Positions 31,734-41,662 of a stretch of DNA of 64,000 nt are shown piece by piece. The stretch covers positions 30,854 to 94,853 of the forward strand of contig PIVX01000005.1 in the NCBI GenBank assembly GCA_003353785.1, given 5' to 3'. Source of the DNA: Gammaproteobacteria bacterium. Its GTDB lineage: Bacteria > Pseudomonadota > Gammaproteobacteria > PIVX01. The translations under genes and the position numbers were made by a program. Below the pieces are notes generated by a model. That model did no database searches and was not told the DNA's origin. It saw nothing but the letters and a program-made list of their open reading frames with translations. Numbering within the stretch: position 1 is the stretch's first letter; the number at the start of each line of letters is the position of its first letter.

Positions 31734-32819
31734 ATGAATGAAAAGTTCTTGAATAAATTGGATAATCTTACTGATAGATTTCATGAATTAGAAGTTTTAC
31801 TTGGCCAGCCAGAAATTATTAATAATCAAAATGAATTTAAACAATATTCGGTAGAATATTATAATTTACAACCTATTATACATAATAGTGATAAATTGAA
31901 GTCACTAGAAACTGATATAGCAGCAGCAAAAAATATGCTAGAAGATACTGATCTAAGCATGCGTGAACTTGCCCAAGAAGAATTAAAAAGTTGTCAGTTG
32001 GCTCACAATAAAGTGTTAAAAGAGTTACATATCTTATTATTACCTAAAGATCCTGATGATAGTTGTAATGTTTTTTTAGAAATTAGAGCAGGGACTGGGG
32101 GTGATGAGGCTGGAATTTTTGTTGGGGATCTATTTAGGATGTATGTGAAATATGTAGAAAAACAAAATTGGGAGTTAGAAATAGTTAATTCTAACCCAAG
32201 TGAGCAGGGAGGCTATAAAGAAATTATTGCTAGAATATCAGGTAAGAATGTTTATGCAAGTATCAAATTTGAATCTGGTGCGCACCGAGTCCAACGTGTT
32301 CCTGAAACAGAATCTCAGGGTCGAATTCATACTTCAGCATGTACAGTTGCAGTACTAAAGGAAGTTCAGCAGGTTGATCAAATTGAAATAAGTAGCGATG
32401 ATTTAAAAATTGATACTTTTAGAGCTAGTGGTGCTGGAGGACAACATGTTAATAAAACTGATTCAGCAATTAGAATTACCCATTTGCCATCAGGAATAGT
32501 TGTGGAGTGCCAAGATGATAGATCTCAACATAAAAATAGATCTAAAGCAATGGCACTATTACAATCTAAATTATTAACTCAGGAGCAGGAACGTCAAAAA
32601 TCAAAAGAGGCGGAAACAAGAAAGAAATTGGTAGGTAGCGGTGATAGAGCAGATCGAATACGGACTTATAATTTTCCTCAAGGTAGGGTAACTGATCATA
32701 GAATTAATTTAACAATATATAAGCTCTCAGAAGTAATGGAAGGTATGCTTGAATATATAATAGACCCTTTAATGCGTGAACATCATCTTGATCAATTATC
32801 TACGATGGGACTTGAATAA
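31734..32819 (+). CDS. prfA: Peptide chain release factor 1
   Basis: [17 protein letters not shown] (PxT), [17 protein letters not shown]. Confidence 0.97.
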   Translation: MNEKFLNKLDNLTDRFHELEVLLGQPEIINNQNEFKQYSVEYYNLQPIIHNSDKLKSLETDIAAAKNMLEDTDLSMRELAQEELKSCQLAHNKVLKELHILLLPKDPDDSCNVFLEIRAGTGGDEAGIFVGDLFRMYVKYVEKQNWELEIVNSNPSEQGGYKEIIARISGKNVYASIKFESGAHRVQRVPETESQGRIHTSACTVAVLKEVQQVDQIEISSDDLKIDTFRASGAGGQHVNKTDSAIRITHLPSGIVVECQDDRSQHKNRSKAMALLQSKLLTQEQERQKSKEAETRKKLVGSGDRADRIRTYNFPQGRVTDHRINLTIYKLSEVMEGMLEYIIDPLMREHHLDQLSTMGLE

Positions 32820-32899
32820 TATTCTAAATTGCTTGATATCATAAAATAATATATTGCTAATCAGAGAATATATGGATTACGACTCATTAGAGGTTCTAG

Positions 32900-33028
32900 C
32901 AACAACGCCGTAAACTATCTTTATTAATGGCGGTGATATAAGGCGTGCTACTCAGGGGTTTGTTGCTGCTCTATATATTGTCGAAGCACTTCAATAGGTG
33001 CTCCACCAACAGAAGCAGCAAAATAACT
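32900..33028 (-). mobile_element. tnpA: IS605-type left end plus tnpA C-terminal remnant
   Basis: Minus strand 32948-33028 reads SYFAASVGGAPIEVLRQYIEQQQTPE* (catalytic-Tyr helix). It is followed by GCCTTATATCACCGCC...TTTACGGCG, an IS609-like left end. Confidence 0.8.
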
Positions 33029-33238
33029 CCTGCATAAACATTAAGAATGACTAGAGAGTTACAAGAATTATCATAGAATGAATTATCATAATTAACAGGG
33101 ATAAGCCAATCTAATATTTTTGCTTATGAAAATGGACATAGACAACTCGAAAGAAACAGTACATTGGCTTTTGCAAAAGCACTAAAGACACATCCAGCTG
33201 TTTTATTATTCCATGATTTTGATATTAACCAGGTTTAA
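33023..33238 (+). pseudogene. XRE/HigA-like HTH antitoxin pseudogene
   Basis: ITPA*TLRMTRELQELS*NELS*LTGISQSNIFAYENGHRQL...AKALKTHPAVLLF, with three in-frame stops. Confidence 0.7.
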
Positions 33239-33261
33239 CTATCTTAACTTAACATATTTAT

Positions 33262-36200
33262 TTAAAAATTACTGTTAAAGTTAAAATCTATTGTATTATC
33301 AAGTTCATTTTTAATAATATTATCGATTTTTTTCTCTACTTCAACTAGTAATTCTCCTAAAGCGCTTTTCCCTAATTTAAATTTTGTAAACACATTTTTA
33401 CTATCCTCCTTTTTCTGGATCATATTTTTAGATTCTGTAATTTTAGTTGTTAATGTCTTTAAATTATCTTTGGAAGGGTCGTTACAAAAATTTTCTAACA
33501 ATTGCCCGATGTCCTGCGCAGCATCAATATGAGCCTGCTTTCCTTTGCTACTAAAAAGCTTTTTACTATTAGAAGCAGAAGCTGATCTCTTTGATTGATA
33601 AATATCATAAAAATTGGTATATTCAGCTATTGATTCAGCAACTCTAGATCTCTTGTCTTGTTCTATCATTGTTTTAAACATATCTTTATATCCGCTGACG
33701 AAATTTGTAAAGTATTTAGATATCTCTTCGATCTCTTCTGTGCATGCGGAAATATTGTTTTCATCTGAACTACTATTAGATACCCAAGCATTATTGTCAA
33801 GTTGTTGTAGGAAATCAATATTATTTTTAAGTTTTAGTTTCATAGTATCAAATTTCTTCCTTGCCATTGGAGACAAATTAATTTCATTATCATTTCCAAA
33901 AGTGGCAGTGTTTTCTATAGTATCAAGAACACTCTCTATCATATTTCCCATTTGTTGAGCTCTTTTTATTGTAGGATTTATATCTTGCTGTCTAGCTGAT
34001 GTAATTGACGATTCAATTTCGTTGGTTATTAACCCAATGGATTTATTTATGTTTCTTACTGTTGCAAAAGTTAGCTCGTTTGCATTTTGCTGCTTCATCT
34101 TGTCTAATTTTTTTTGTAGTCTTTTGAGCTGTTGTTCAAGACTGACGGTTTTTATATTAACTTTATTAAGTTGCTTGATTTCACTAGTTAAATTATTTAT
34201 TTCTTTGCCAAAATGTTGTTCGCAATGAATTTTTTCCTGTTGAATAACTTGAAGAAGCTCATTTGAGTGATTTTCTGTTTCTACTTGAATACGTTTTATT
34301 TTTATGTCAAATTCGGGATCTACTGTTTGTAGGTTCTCTAGATTAGTAGCATTTTGGTTTGATGATTTTTGTACAGTAGACTTAGACTGTAGTAAGATGG
34401 TAGAGAAACTGTTAATCTTTTCATTTAAAGAGGCTATTTTTTGCTGCTCGACAAAATGGACATTTTTCCTATATTTTTCGATTTCAACATCAACCTTATT
34501 GGTGGCGTATCTAATTTTTTGATTAAGTATTTTTATTGCCCCATAGGATATTTCTGTTGGGTTTTGGCTCTCCATTTCTATCAATCTTTCTTTGAGGTTG
34601 AGAGCAGATTGTTCGAATGCTTCTGTGTTAACTGTATTGTTTTTAAGATAAGTGATTTTACTAGTTAGTTGGTTTACTCTATCTGTATTGTGTTCAACAT
34701 AAGCACTCTTTTTTAATGTAACGATTTCATTAAAAGACTTTAGATCTTTCTCTATTTCTAATTTAATTTTTGATATCTTTTGGTTAAAATTAGGATCTGA
34801 TATTTTCAGACTATTGAGATTGTCTAAAAGTATAGCATTCTTTTTTAGCAATTTTTCTGCTATAAGATTATTTTGATCGGGGATGTCAAATTTGGTCAAT
34901 TTTTTAATTAAAAATTTTATTTTTTCTTTCTGTATAGCATGTGCATTTTCTTTGATAATATTTGCATGCCTTTGAGTTATTTCTTCTACATTTTTAGATA
35001 TTAACGCGGTTTTATTCCAGAACTGTTTATCAATTGGTTTTAATGAATCAATATTATTACTATTACGCTTAATATCTAGGTTTACTGTATGTAATTGCTT
35101 TCTTATTGTAGTGGAACCGTTTGGTCTAGTTAGTATAGGAGGATATGTAATCTTTATTCCAGACTCTTTTTCAAACTGACTGATATCTTCCACAAAATTA
35201 GTTTCTTCTTCTGAAGAAGTTACTTTTCTCTGTAGTATCTCTATATTTTGTTGTAAATTATTTTTCCCAAATCCTATAACAAGATCGAATGATTCATTGA
35301 TCTCGAGTTCAAGCTTGGTATATTCATCTGTGAGCTCTCTTAGCCTTTTCTTAGGAGGGTTTTTACTATCATACATGGATTTCAGCTCTATTTCGAGATC
35401 TTCTATAGTAAATATCAAGATACTTAGGTCATTTAGCTCATCTGGAGTCTCAGCAAAATGGACAGTTGATTCTGAGATGAAAGTTTCTAATTGTATTTTT
35501 AATTTTTGAGCAGCTTTATAATAGGAACCTGCTTGCCACATTCTGTTTTTTGCATTTTTCTGCTCTTGCTTTTGATTCTTCTTTTCTAGTATGATTTTTT
35601 CTTCTTTCTGTTTTTGGTCTAGTATGATTTTTGCTGCTTTGCGTTCTTGCTCTCTTATGAGCCTTGCGCTTTGATCCAGTTCCTGTTGATTTTGTGATAT
35701 ATGTTCAGTTAATTTGGTTAGAGACCTTAGATATTGCCCAGAGATGATTTCTACTTCTTCTAAAATATCATCTACTTCTTTTGCAGGAGCAATAGTTAAT
35801 CTCTGTTTAAGTGAAAATAATTTATCTTTTGTAACTAAAAATCTTTTAACTTCTGCATTGATTAGTATATCGTTTTCATCAAAATCATGTATTTCAAGAA
35901 ATCTTTCTGCTTGGGTGATGTTTTTTCCAATAGCCTGTAGATGACCGCCAACTCTTCTTTGTTGACGTTCGTGTTGCTTGGATATTACATTTATTCGTTT
36001 TTCATTGATGAACTCATTAAAACTTAGATATATTCTATTTGTCTTCTTAACAATTCCCTTATGATCTGATAGTTGGTAATTTGAAGAACCTTTTGACAAC
36101 TTTAGCTTCTTTAATTTTTTTTGTTCATTCTTCAAGCTAATCATAAAATCTGTTATTTCGCGAATTGAGTCTTCTATGAAATATGGTTCTACCGTATCTC

Positions 36201-38496
36201 CAAGTAGTTCTATTTCTTGATAGAAATCTTTCATTTTTGTAAATAGGTCTTCTATTGCTACTGAATCTTTATCTATAGTCTTGTTGATAAAATCAATATG
36301 AATACTTTCAGATTTTAAATAAATATTTTCTAGTTCTTGTATATTAAGTTTAGAAGGACTATTTAATTCACGTTGGATATTTTTTAATTCTTCAATAGCT
36401 ACTGTTTCTTTACTATCAGTAATCATTATTTGGTTCAAATTTATTTTTATTTTGCTAAGAATTAAGTTTTCTTTTTCTGCTATTATGTTTTTAGACAATA
36501 TTTCATATTTATTTAATAAAATTTTAGCTTCAGATATTCTAGCAATAGTAAAGGACAGATCTCTCCCAGACAGTATATCTACTTTAATATTATGAAGACT
36601 GTATCTTATATCGTCTAAACTTTCTGTTAAACTAATAGTCATTTGAAAATTATCATCTAGAAGCTCATTTTCCTTAAAAATATTATCTAGCTCTTGCATC
36701 TTTGTATCTATTGATGGCATGATCCGTTCTATCTGATATTTTTTAGCTTGTAGTGGTACAGCGTTGCTATATTGTTCGGTAGATTTTTTAATACTGCTCT
36801 TTATATCTATTAAGTCATGTACAAAAAGATTTCTTCTGTCTAAGTCACTCATATTTTGAAGCAATCGCTGTTGAATTTTATTTACTAGCTGATACGTATC
36901 AGTATCACCATTGGGAATAAGTTGTTTAAATCTTGCTACTTCAATCATGAGTTTTCGCGCTTGCTCTAGTGTTTCACTGATTTCTGTTTTATTTCCATAT
37001 GGGATAGGAAAGCCACGACTACCATAATAATTAAGAATATCCTGCTCTCTATCACTATTAAAAGCAGTTTGTTGGTTATCTCTATACAAGTTATGTTGTA
37101 ATATTGTATTTTTAATTAGTGGTACCCAGTGTTGTCCTTGCCCTAAGGCATATAAGTTATAAGAATGTTCAGGATTTTCAAGATCTTTAAAAGGATCTTC
37201 CATTTTTTCAACTTGATCGTAATTAGCTGTTATTAAATTAGCGTTTAATAATTTATTAGATATTTCTTTCATAACGCCATCATGAGTTGCTCTAGGTTTG
37301 GTTAGTCTTTCATGATAGTTAGGCCAAACCTGATTCATCCAGAGGTCATCTAATTTGTCCAGGTTAGAGTTGTCGTTGTATAGTTCTTCTACTGTATTTG
37401 GTATGTTTGCAAGATTCTCAGTTATAATATATTTCCCATTTTTAATTAGTCCAGTGGTTTCATTATTGCGCGATATATGAAGACATAAATTTGAAACCAT
37501 CTTAGGATAGTTTTCTTCTTTATTCTCTACTGCATTGATCACATCTGCACGGCTAATGGTAGATAGTGGTGGTAAGTAGCCAAATCCTGTATGAGTAATG
37601 TCATGTAGGATATCTGGATTTTCTTCTTGATATTTTATTATTTCTATGTCAATTGCATCTTCGGTAAGTTTCGGGTTTGTTTGCTTACGAAGGTATTCTC
37701 GTTGTATTTGGATCTTTTGTTCATATCTTTTAGCACAGTATTCAAGAATTTTTCTACCTTTAAAGCCTTTTTTTTCTGCGTCTTTATACCTAGTATCATT
37801 TTGAAGTTTTTCAAATAATTCTCCTATTGTATCTCTGTGAATGTTGCGTAGTTTTATAAAATTTTTTATTTCTTTTGTAAATGTAAGTTTCTCTTTTGGT
37901 TCAGTCATAATTTCATTTACATAATATTTTCTAAAAACTGGAGCTAGTAATTTTTCAATATTATAAGCTGTTCCATTATGATCTAGCTTGTTCGCATAAT
38001 GGTTTAGCCACATTTTAAAAACTCCCCATGTTGGAGGATTAGGTTCGATGCGTGTATGAAACTTGCCAAAAGCTTTTAACAATTCTGCAAATTTCTCAGT
38101 ACCTTCTTCATCGCTCATCTTGGCTAATACACTTTGGGGATTTAAAACTTCTGCACTAAAAGCTAGAGCTAACGTGTTGAAATGACAGTCGCCACTTTCT
38201 AAAGTAAGTATTTGCTGTGGGAGAATTTCATGTAGTAAAAGATTTTTTTTCTGTAATAATAATGGCTTTAGTTTTCTTTTTAAAAGCATTTCATCCAATA
38301 TTAATTGATTTTTATTCTCATCAAGGCCTAGTATTTCTTTACCAGATATTTTTTGTTCTAGAACAGCTAGTTGGGTTTGGGTCTTGGATATTTCTTGTTG
38401 CAATTTTGGATTGTCAAATACTAAAAATCTGCCAGCTTGTATTTCTATATCTATTAATCTATTTATTTCTTGTATTTGCTGATGTATGTTTGGCAT
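33262..38496 (-). CDS. Giant coiled-coil protein with N-terminal OTU-like deubiquitinase motifs; candidate Dot/Icm effector
   Basis: SGDC104HFNTLA and GQH456WVPL, more than 1000 aa of coiled coil, and no signal peptide. Confidence 0.7.
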   Translation of the reverse strand: MPNIHQQIQEINRLIDIEIQAGRFLVFDNPKLQQEISKTQTQLAVLEQKISGKEILGLDENKNQLILDEMLLKRKLKPLLLQKKNLLLHEILPQQILTLESGDCHFNTLALAFSAEVLNPQSVLAKMSDEEGTEKFAELLKAFGKFHTRIEPNPPTWGVFKMWLNHYANKLDHNGTAYNIEKLLAPVFRKYYVNEIMTEPKEKLTFTKEIKNFIKLRNIHRDTIGELFEKLQNDTRYKDAEKKGFKGRKILEYCAKRYEQKIQIQREYLRKQTNPKLTEDAIDIEIIKYQEENPDILHDITHTGFGYLPPLSTISRADVINAVENKEENYPKMVSNLCLHISRNNETTGLIKNGKYIITENLANIPNTVEELYNDNSNLDKLDDLWMNQVWPNYHERLTKPRATHDGVMKEISNKLLNANLITANYDQVEKMEDPFKDLENPEHSYNLYALGQGQHWVPLIKNTILQHNLYRDNQQTAFNSDREQDILNYYGSRGFPIPYGNKTEISETLEQARKLMIEVARFKQLIPNGDTDTYQLVNKIQQRLLQNMSDLDRRNLFVHDLIDIKSSIKKSTEQYSNAVPLQAKKYQIERIMPSIDTKMQELDNIFKENELLDDNFQMTISLTESLDDIRYSLHNIKVDILSGRDLSFTIARISEAKILLNKYEILSKNIIAEKENLILSKIKINLNQIMITDSKETVAIEELKNIQRELNSPSKLNIQELENIYLKSESIHIDFINKTIDKDSVAIEDLFTKMKDFYQEIELLGDTVEPYFIEDSIREITDFMISLKNEQKKLKKLKLSKGSSNYQLSDHKGIVKKTNRIYLSFNEFINEKRINVISKQHERQQRRVGGHLQAIGKNITQAERFLEIHDFDENDILINAEVKRFLVTKDKLFSLKQRLTIAPAKEVDDILEEVEIISGQYLRSLTKLTEHISQNQQELDQSARLIREQERKAAKIILDQKQKEEKIILEKKNQKQEQKNAKNRMWQAGSYYKAAQKLKIQLETFISESTVHFAETPDELNDLSILIFTIEDLEIELKSMYDSKNPPKKRLRELTDEYTKLELEINESFDLVIGFGKNNLQQNIEILQRKVTSSEEETNFVEDISQFEKESGIKITYPPILTRPNGSTTIRKQLHTVNLDIKRNSNNIDSLKPIDKQFWNKTALISKNVEEITQRHANIIKENAHAIQKEKIKFLIKKLTKFDIPDQNNLIAEKLLKKNAILLDNLNSLKISDPNFNQKISKIKLEIEKDLKSFNEIVTLKKSAYVEHNTDRVNQLTSKITYLKNNTVNTEAFEQSALNLKERLIEMESQNPTEISYGAIKILNQKIRYATNKVDVEIEKYRKNVHFVEQQKIASLNEKINSFSTILLQSKSTVQKSSNQNATNLENLQTVDPEFDIKIKRIQVETENHSNELLQVIQQEKIHCEQHFGKEINNLTSEIKQLNKVNIKTVSLEQQLKRLQKKLDKMKQQNANELTFATVRNINKSIGLITNEIESSITSARQQDINPTIKRAQQMGNMIESVLDTIENTATFGNDNEINLSPMARKKFDTMKLKLKNNIDFLQQLDNNAWVSNSSSDENNISACTEEIEEISKYFTNFVSGYKDMFKTMIEQDKRSRVAESIAEYTNFYDIYQSKRSASASNSKKLFSSKGKQAHIDAAQDIGQLLENFCNDPSKDNLKTLTTKITESKNMIQKKEDSKNVFTKFKLGKSALGELLVEVEKKIDNIIKNELDNTIDFNFNSNF

Positions 38497-38776
38497 ATTT
38501 ATTCTTTGTCGGTTATCGTATTAGTAGGCACGCTATTATTGTCCTAATTATTTTAATGCTCTACAATATTTAATTGGTTCTAAAATTTATCTTAATATAT
38601 CGAAATAAATTCTTTATAAATCTATTAATCTCAATAATAATTATAGTAGATCTTAGTTAATTATTTTTTAGACGGTTTTATAACTTATTGATAATTCATA
38701 TAAGTAACTAACTAAAAAGCCCCAAAATATTTTTTAGAATTAAAAATTTTGTAATTATCTGATTAATGGGGTCTTA

Positions 38777-39049
38777 TTAATTATGCTCTGGCGAGCTTTT
38801 AAGGATAGTATCTAGTTCTCCGGCTTTATTTAGACTCATTAAATCATCGTATCCACCAATATGGTTTTCATTGATAAAAATTTGAGGAACTGATCTATGA
38901 CCATTTGATTTTTCTAACATTTTTTCAAGCAGTTCTGGATTTTCAGTCAAGTTTATTTCTTTAAAAGCTAGATCCTTATTATTAAAAAAATCTTTAGCCC
39001 AGGTACAGTAAGAGCAGTTAATTTTAGTGTATATTATTATTCTAGCCAT
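38777..39049 (-). CDS. grxC: Glutaredoxin 3
   Basis: CSYC, SVPQIFI, HIGGYDDL. Confidence 0.92.
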   Translation of the reverse strand: MARIIIYTKINCSYCTWAKDFFNNKDLAFKEINLTENPELLEKMLEKSNGHRSVPQIFINENHIGGYDDLMSLNKAGELDTILKSSPEHN

Positions 39050-39428
39050 ATTAAGGTTTATTTACTATTAATAGTGAGTTAGAATTTAGACTTTTATAAT
39101 ATTAAAGTCAATAGTAGTGTATGAATAAAATATCCTGACGGAAATTAGTATGGGTTAAAACCTTGTCATTTTATTGATAAAAAGCGTATCGTGAAATTTT
39201 GGCTCCATAAGTATTTAAAAATGTCTTGTTGATAATATTCTGTATTTGCACGATATGTTATTTAAGTATTATAGATATTAAGGTTGGCAGGATTTTTGGG
39301 CTGACTATTGTAATTAGCAATCTAGTAGGGACTTGAATGGATCTTAAAAATATCCTTTTTTTTAGGTGGTTAAGAATATCAAATATTAAAGGTAAAATAA
39401 GAATTATTAAGTATGGGGCTTTAGTATT

Positions 39429-40262
39429 TTGACTATTAAAAAAGCACTCTTTCTAGGAGCGCAGATTCTAAAAAAAATCACCGATGTTTCATTTTTAGAA
39501 TCTGAAATATTACTTGCTAAGGTGTTAAATTTATCTAGAAGTAAATTATATACCAGTGAAAATTTAATTTTATCTTTGGAGCAGCAACATGAATATCAAA
39601 AGCTTCTTGAAGAAAGAACAACAGGGAAGCCATTAGCATATATTATAAACAAAAAAGATTTTTGGAATATTTCTTTGGATATTAATAAAAATGTATTAAT
39701 TCCACGGTCTGAGACAGAATTATTAGTAGAAGAAATTTTGAATAGGACCTCAGAAAAAGAGAGAAAAGTAGTATTAGATCTTGGTACTGGTAGTGGAGCT
39801 ATTGCTATTAGTCTTGCTTATGAGCGTAGTAATTGGCAAATTATTGGTTCAGATAAAAGTATAGCGGCTCTTGATATTGCTCGTAAAAATGCTCTTAAAT
39901 ATAAACTGAGTAATATTAGTTTTGAGCAGGGAGATTGGTTTGAGCCGTTTCAAGATAAATTATTCGATGTTATTGTAAGTAATCCTCCTTATATTAAATC
40001 TAGTGATCCACATTTTAATGGTGAGATCAGATTTGAGCCGATTATAGCTTTAGATGGAGGGAAGCAAGGTATGGATAAATTATCAGGGATCATTAGAAAT
40101 GCTCCTAGATATCTAGGTAAAAATTCCCTGCTTATTGTTGAACATGGGTACAACCAGGCTAAAGAAGTATATGCTCTATTTGAACTGTCAGGATTTAAGC
40201 AAATAGATATTTTGCAAGATTTAGCTGGTTTAGAACGTGCCACATTGGGCTATTTGAGTTGA
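39429..40262 (+). CDS. prmC: Release factor glutamine methyltransferase
   Basis: PLAYI, VLIPR.ETE, LDLGTGSGAI, SNPPY, EHG. Confidence 0.95.
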   Translation: MTIKKALFLGAQILKKITDVSFLESEILLAKVLNLSRSKLYTSENLILSLEQQHEYQKLLEERTTGKPLAYIINKKDFWNISLDINKNVLIPRSETELLVEEILNRTSEKERKVVLDLGTGSGAIAISLAYERSNWQIIGSDKSIAALDIARKNALKYKLSNISFEQGDWFEPFQDKLFDVIVSNPPYIKSSDPHFNGEIRFEPIIALDGGKQGMDKLSGIIRNAPRYLGKNSLLIVEHGYNQAKEVYALFELSGFKQIDILQDLAGLERATLGYLS

Positions 40263-40339
40263 ATGATAGAAAAATATATTGTGTTTATAAAGATTTTTGG
40301 TATATATATTCCGATGCGAAATTAAAAGATTAAGGAATA

Positions 40340-41656
40340 ATGATGGCAGTTAAAAAATCAACAACAGCTAAGAAAAAACGATCCAATCCAAGGACTGGTA
40401 TTGAAAAAAATAAAAAGAATTTGAAAAAGGCTTCTGCAAAAAAAACTTCGCCGAGAAAGGCAACTACTGGTAGAATATCAGCCAAGAAATCATTGGTGAA
40501 GAAATCAACAGCTAAAAAGCTAGTGGCTAAGAGAAAAGTGATCAAAAAGAAAGTTGTTAAAAAAACAGTAGCTAAGAAAACAGTGACTAAAAAGGTAGCA
40601 GTAAAGAAGCCAGTAGCTAAGAAGGCAGTGACCAAAAAGGTGGCAGTAAAGAAGTCAGTAGCTAAGAAGGCAGTGACCAAAAAGGTAGCTACGAAGCAGC
40701 CAGTAGCTAAGAAAAAGGTAGTAGTAAAGAAGCCAGTAGCTAAGAAGGTAGCGGCCAAAAAGGTAGCTACAAAGAAGCCAACAGCCAAGAAAGTGGTTAT
40801 TAAAAAAACAGTAGCTAAGAACAAGAGAGTGACTAAAAAAGTAGCTACAAAAAAACTAACAGCTAAAAAGCCAGTGGTCAAAAAGGTGGTTGCAAAGAAG
40901 GCGGTGACTAAGAAGACAGTGGTTAAAAAAGTAGCTACGAAAAAACCAATGGTTAAGAAAACAGTAGTTAAAAAAACAGCAGAAAAGAAGTCAACTGTCA
41001 AAAAAACAGTAGTAAAAAAATTACCTATGATTGAGAAAAAAATTGTTCAAAAATCTGCCAAAAATCAGATAGTTAATAAGGAGGGTCGTATTACTAAGAG
41101 AGTGCAAAATACATTGAGAGGAGGGGTGAAACGGTCTGACAAAGTAAAAACTCTTAATCCCAAAATAATTAGTGGAAAACCTATGAAAAGCAAATTAAAT
41201 GCAGTTGTTGGTGTTGCTGTATCAAGGAAAAAAGATTTGGATTTAAAAAATAAGAATATTAGTAGTACATTATCGGATAATAAAGATAACTATATGGATC
41301 TAACAGAGTTATTATATTTTAAGAGTAAATTAATTAACTGGAAAAAATCTTTAATGGAAGAGGTAGATAGAACAGTTTCACATATGAAGGACGAAGCTGC
41401 TAATTTTCCTGATCCAAATGATAGAGCAAGTTTGGAAGAAGAATTTAGTTTGGAGTTACGTGCTCGTGATAGGGAGCGTAAACTAATTTCTAAGATAGAT
41501 GAAGCTTTACAGGCAATTCAAGATGAAGAGTATGGGTATTGTGAAGCTTGTGGGATAGAAATAGGTATTAAGAGGCTAGAAGCTAGGCCGACAGCAACGC
41601 AATGTATAGATTGCAAAACACTTGACGAAATTCGTGAAAAGCAGCTTGTAGGTTAG
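40340..41656 (+). CDS. dksA: DksA with long N-terminal histone-like Lys/Val/Ala/Thr repeat
   Basis: C-terminal FPDPNDRASLEEEF coiled-coil tip and CEAC...CIDC zinc finger. The N-terminal ~220 aa are KKxxx pentapeptides in the same frame. Confidence 0.92.
   Translation: MMAVKKSTTAKKKRSNPRTGIEKNKKNLKKASAKKTSPRKATTGRISAKKSLVKKSTAKKLVAKRKVIKKKVVKKTVAKKTVTKKVAVKKPVAKKAVTKKVAVKKSVAKKAVTKKVATKQPVAKKKVVVKKPVAKKVAAKKVATKKPTAKKVVIKKTVAKNKRVTKKVATKKLTAKKPVVKKVVAKKAVTKKTVVKKVATKKPMVKKTVVKKTAEKKSTVKKTVVKKLPMIEKKIVQKSAKNQIVNKEGRITKRVQNTLRGGVKRSDKVKTLNPKIISGKPMKSKLNAVVGVAVSRKKDLDLKNKNISSTLSDNKDNYMDLTELLYFKSKLINWKKSLMEEVDRTVSHMKDEAANFPDPNDRASLEEEFSLELRARDRERKLISKIDEALQAIQDEEYGYCEACGIEIGIKRLEARPTATQCIDCKTLDEIREKQLVG
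40490..41020 (+). repeat. Degenerate 15-bp (pentapeptide KKxxx) tandem array within dksA
   Basis: For example aagaagccagtagct-aagaaggcagtgacc-aaaaaggtggcagta, translating KKPVA-KKAVT-KKVAV. Confidence 0.85.
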
Positions 41657-41662
41657 TAATAT

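Noticed and set aside
33614-38573. Several short plus-strand ORFs inside the giant gene
   Set aside because: Antisense shadows with no motifs. The same applies to the short overlapping ORFs in dapB, pcnB, mrcA, hldE, ampG, ftsY and icmO.
38497-38776. PmrA/CpxR-like boxes upstream of the candidate effector
   Set aside because: TTAA half-sites are present but wrongly spaced, and they are expected by chance in such AT-rich DNA.
40330-41001. 223-aa hydrophobic minus-strand ORF
   Set aside because: Antisense shadow of the Lys-rich dksA repeat (AAA/AAG read as TTT/CTT).
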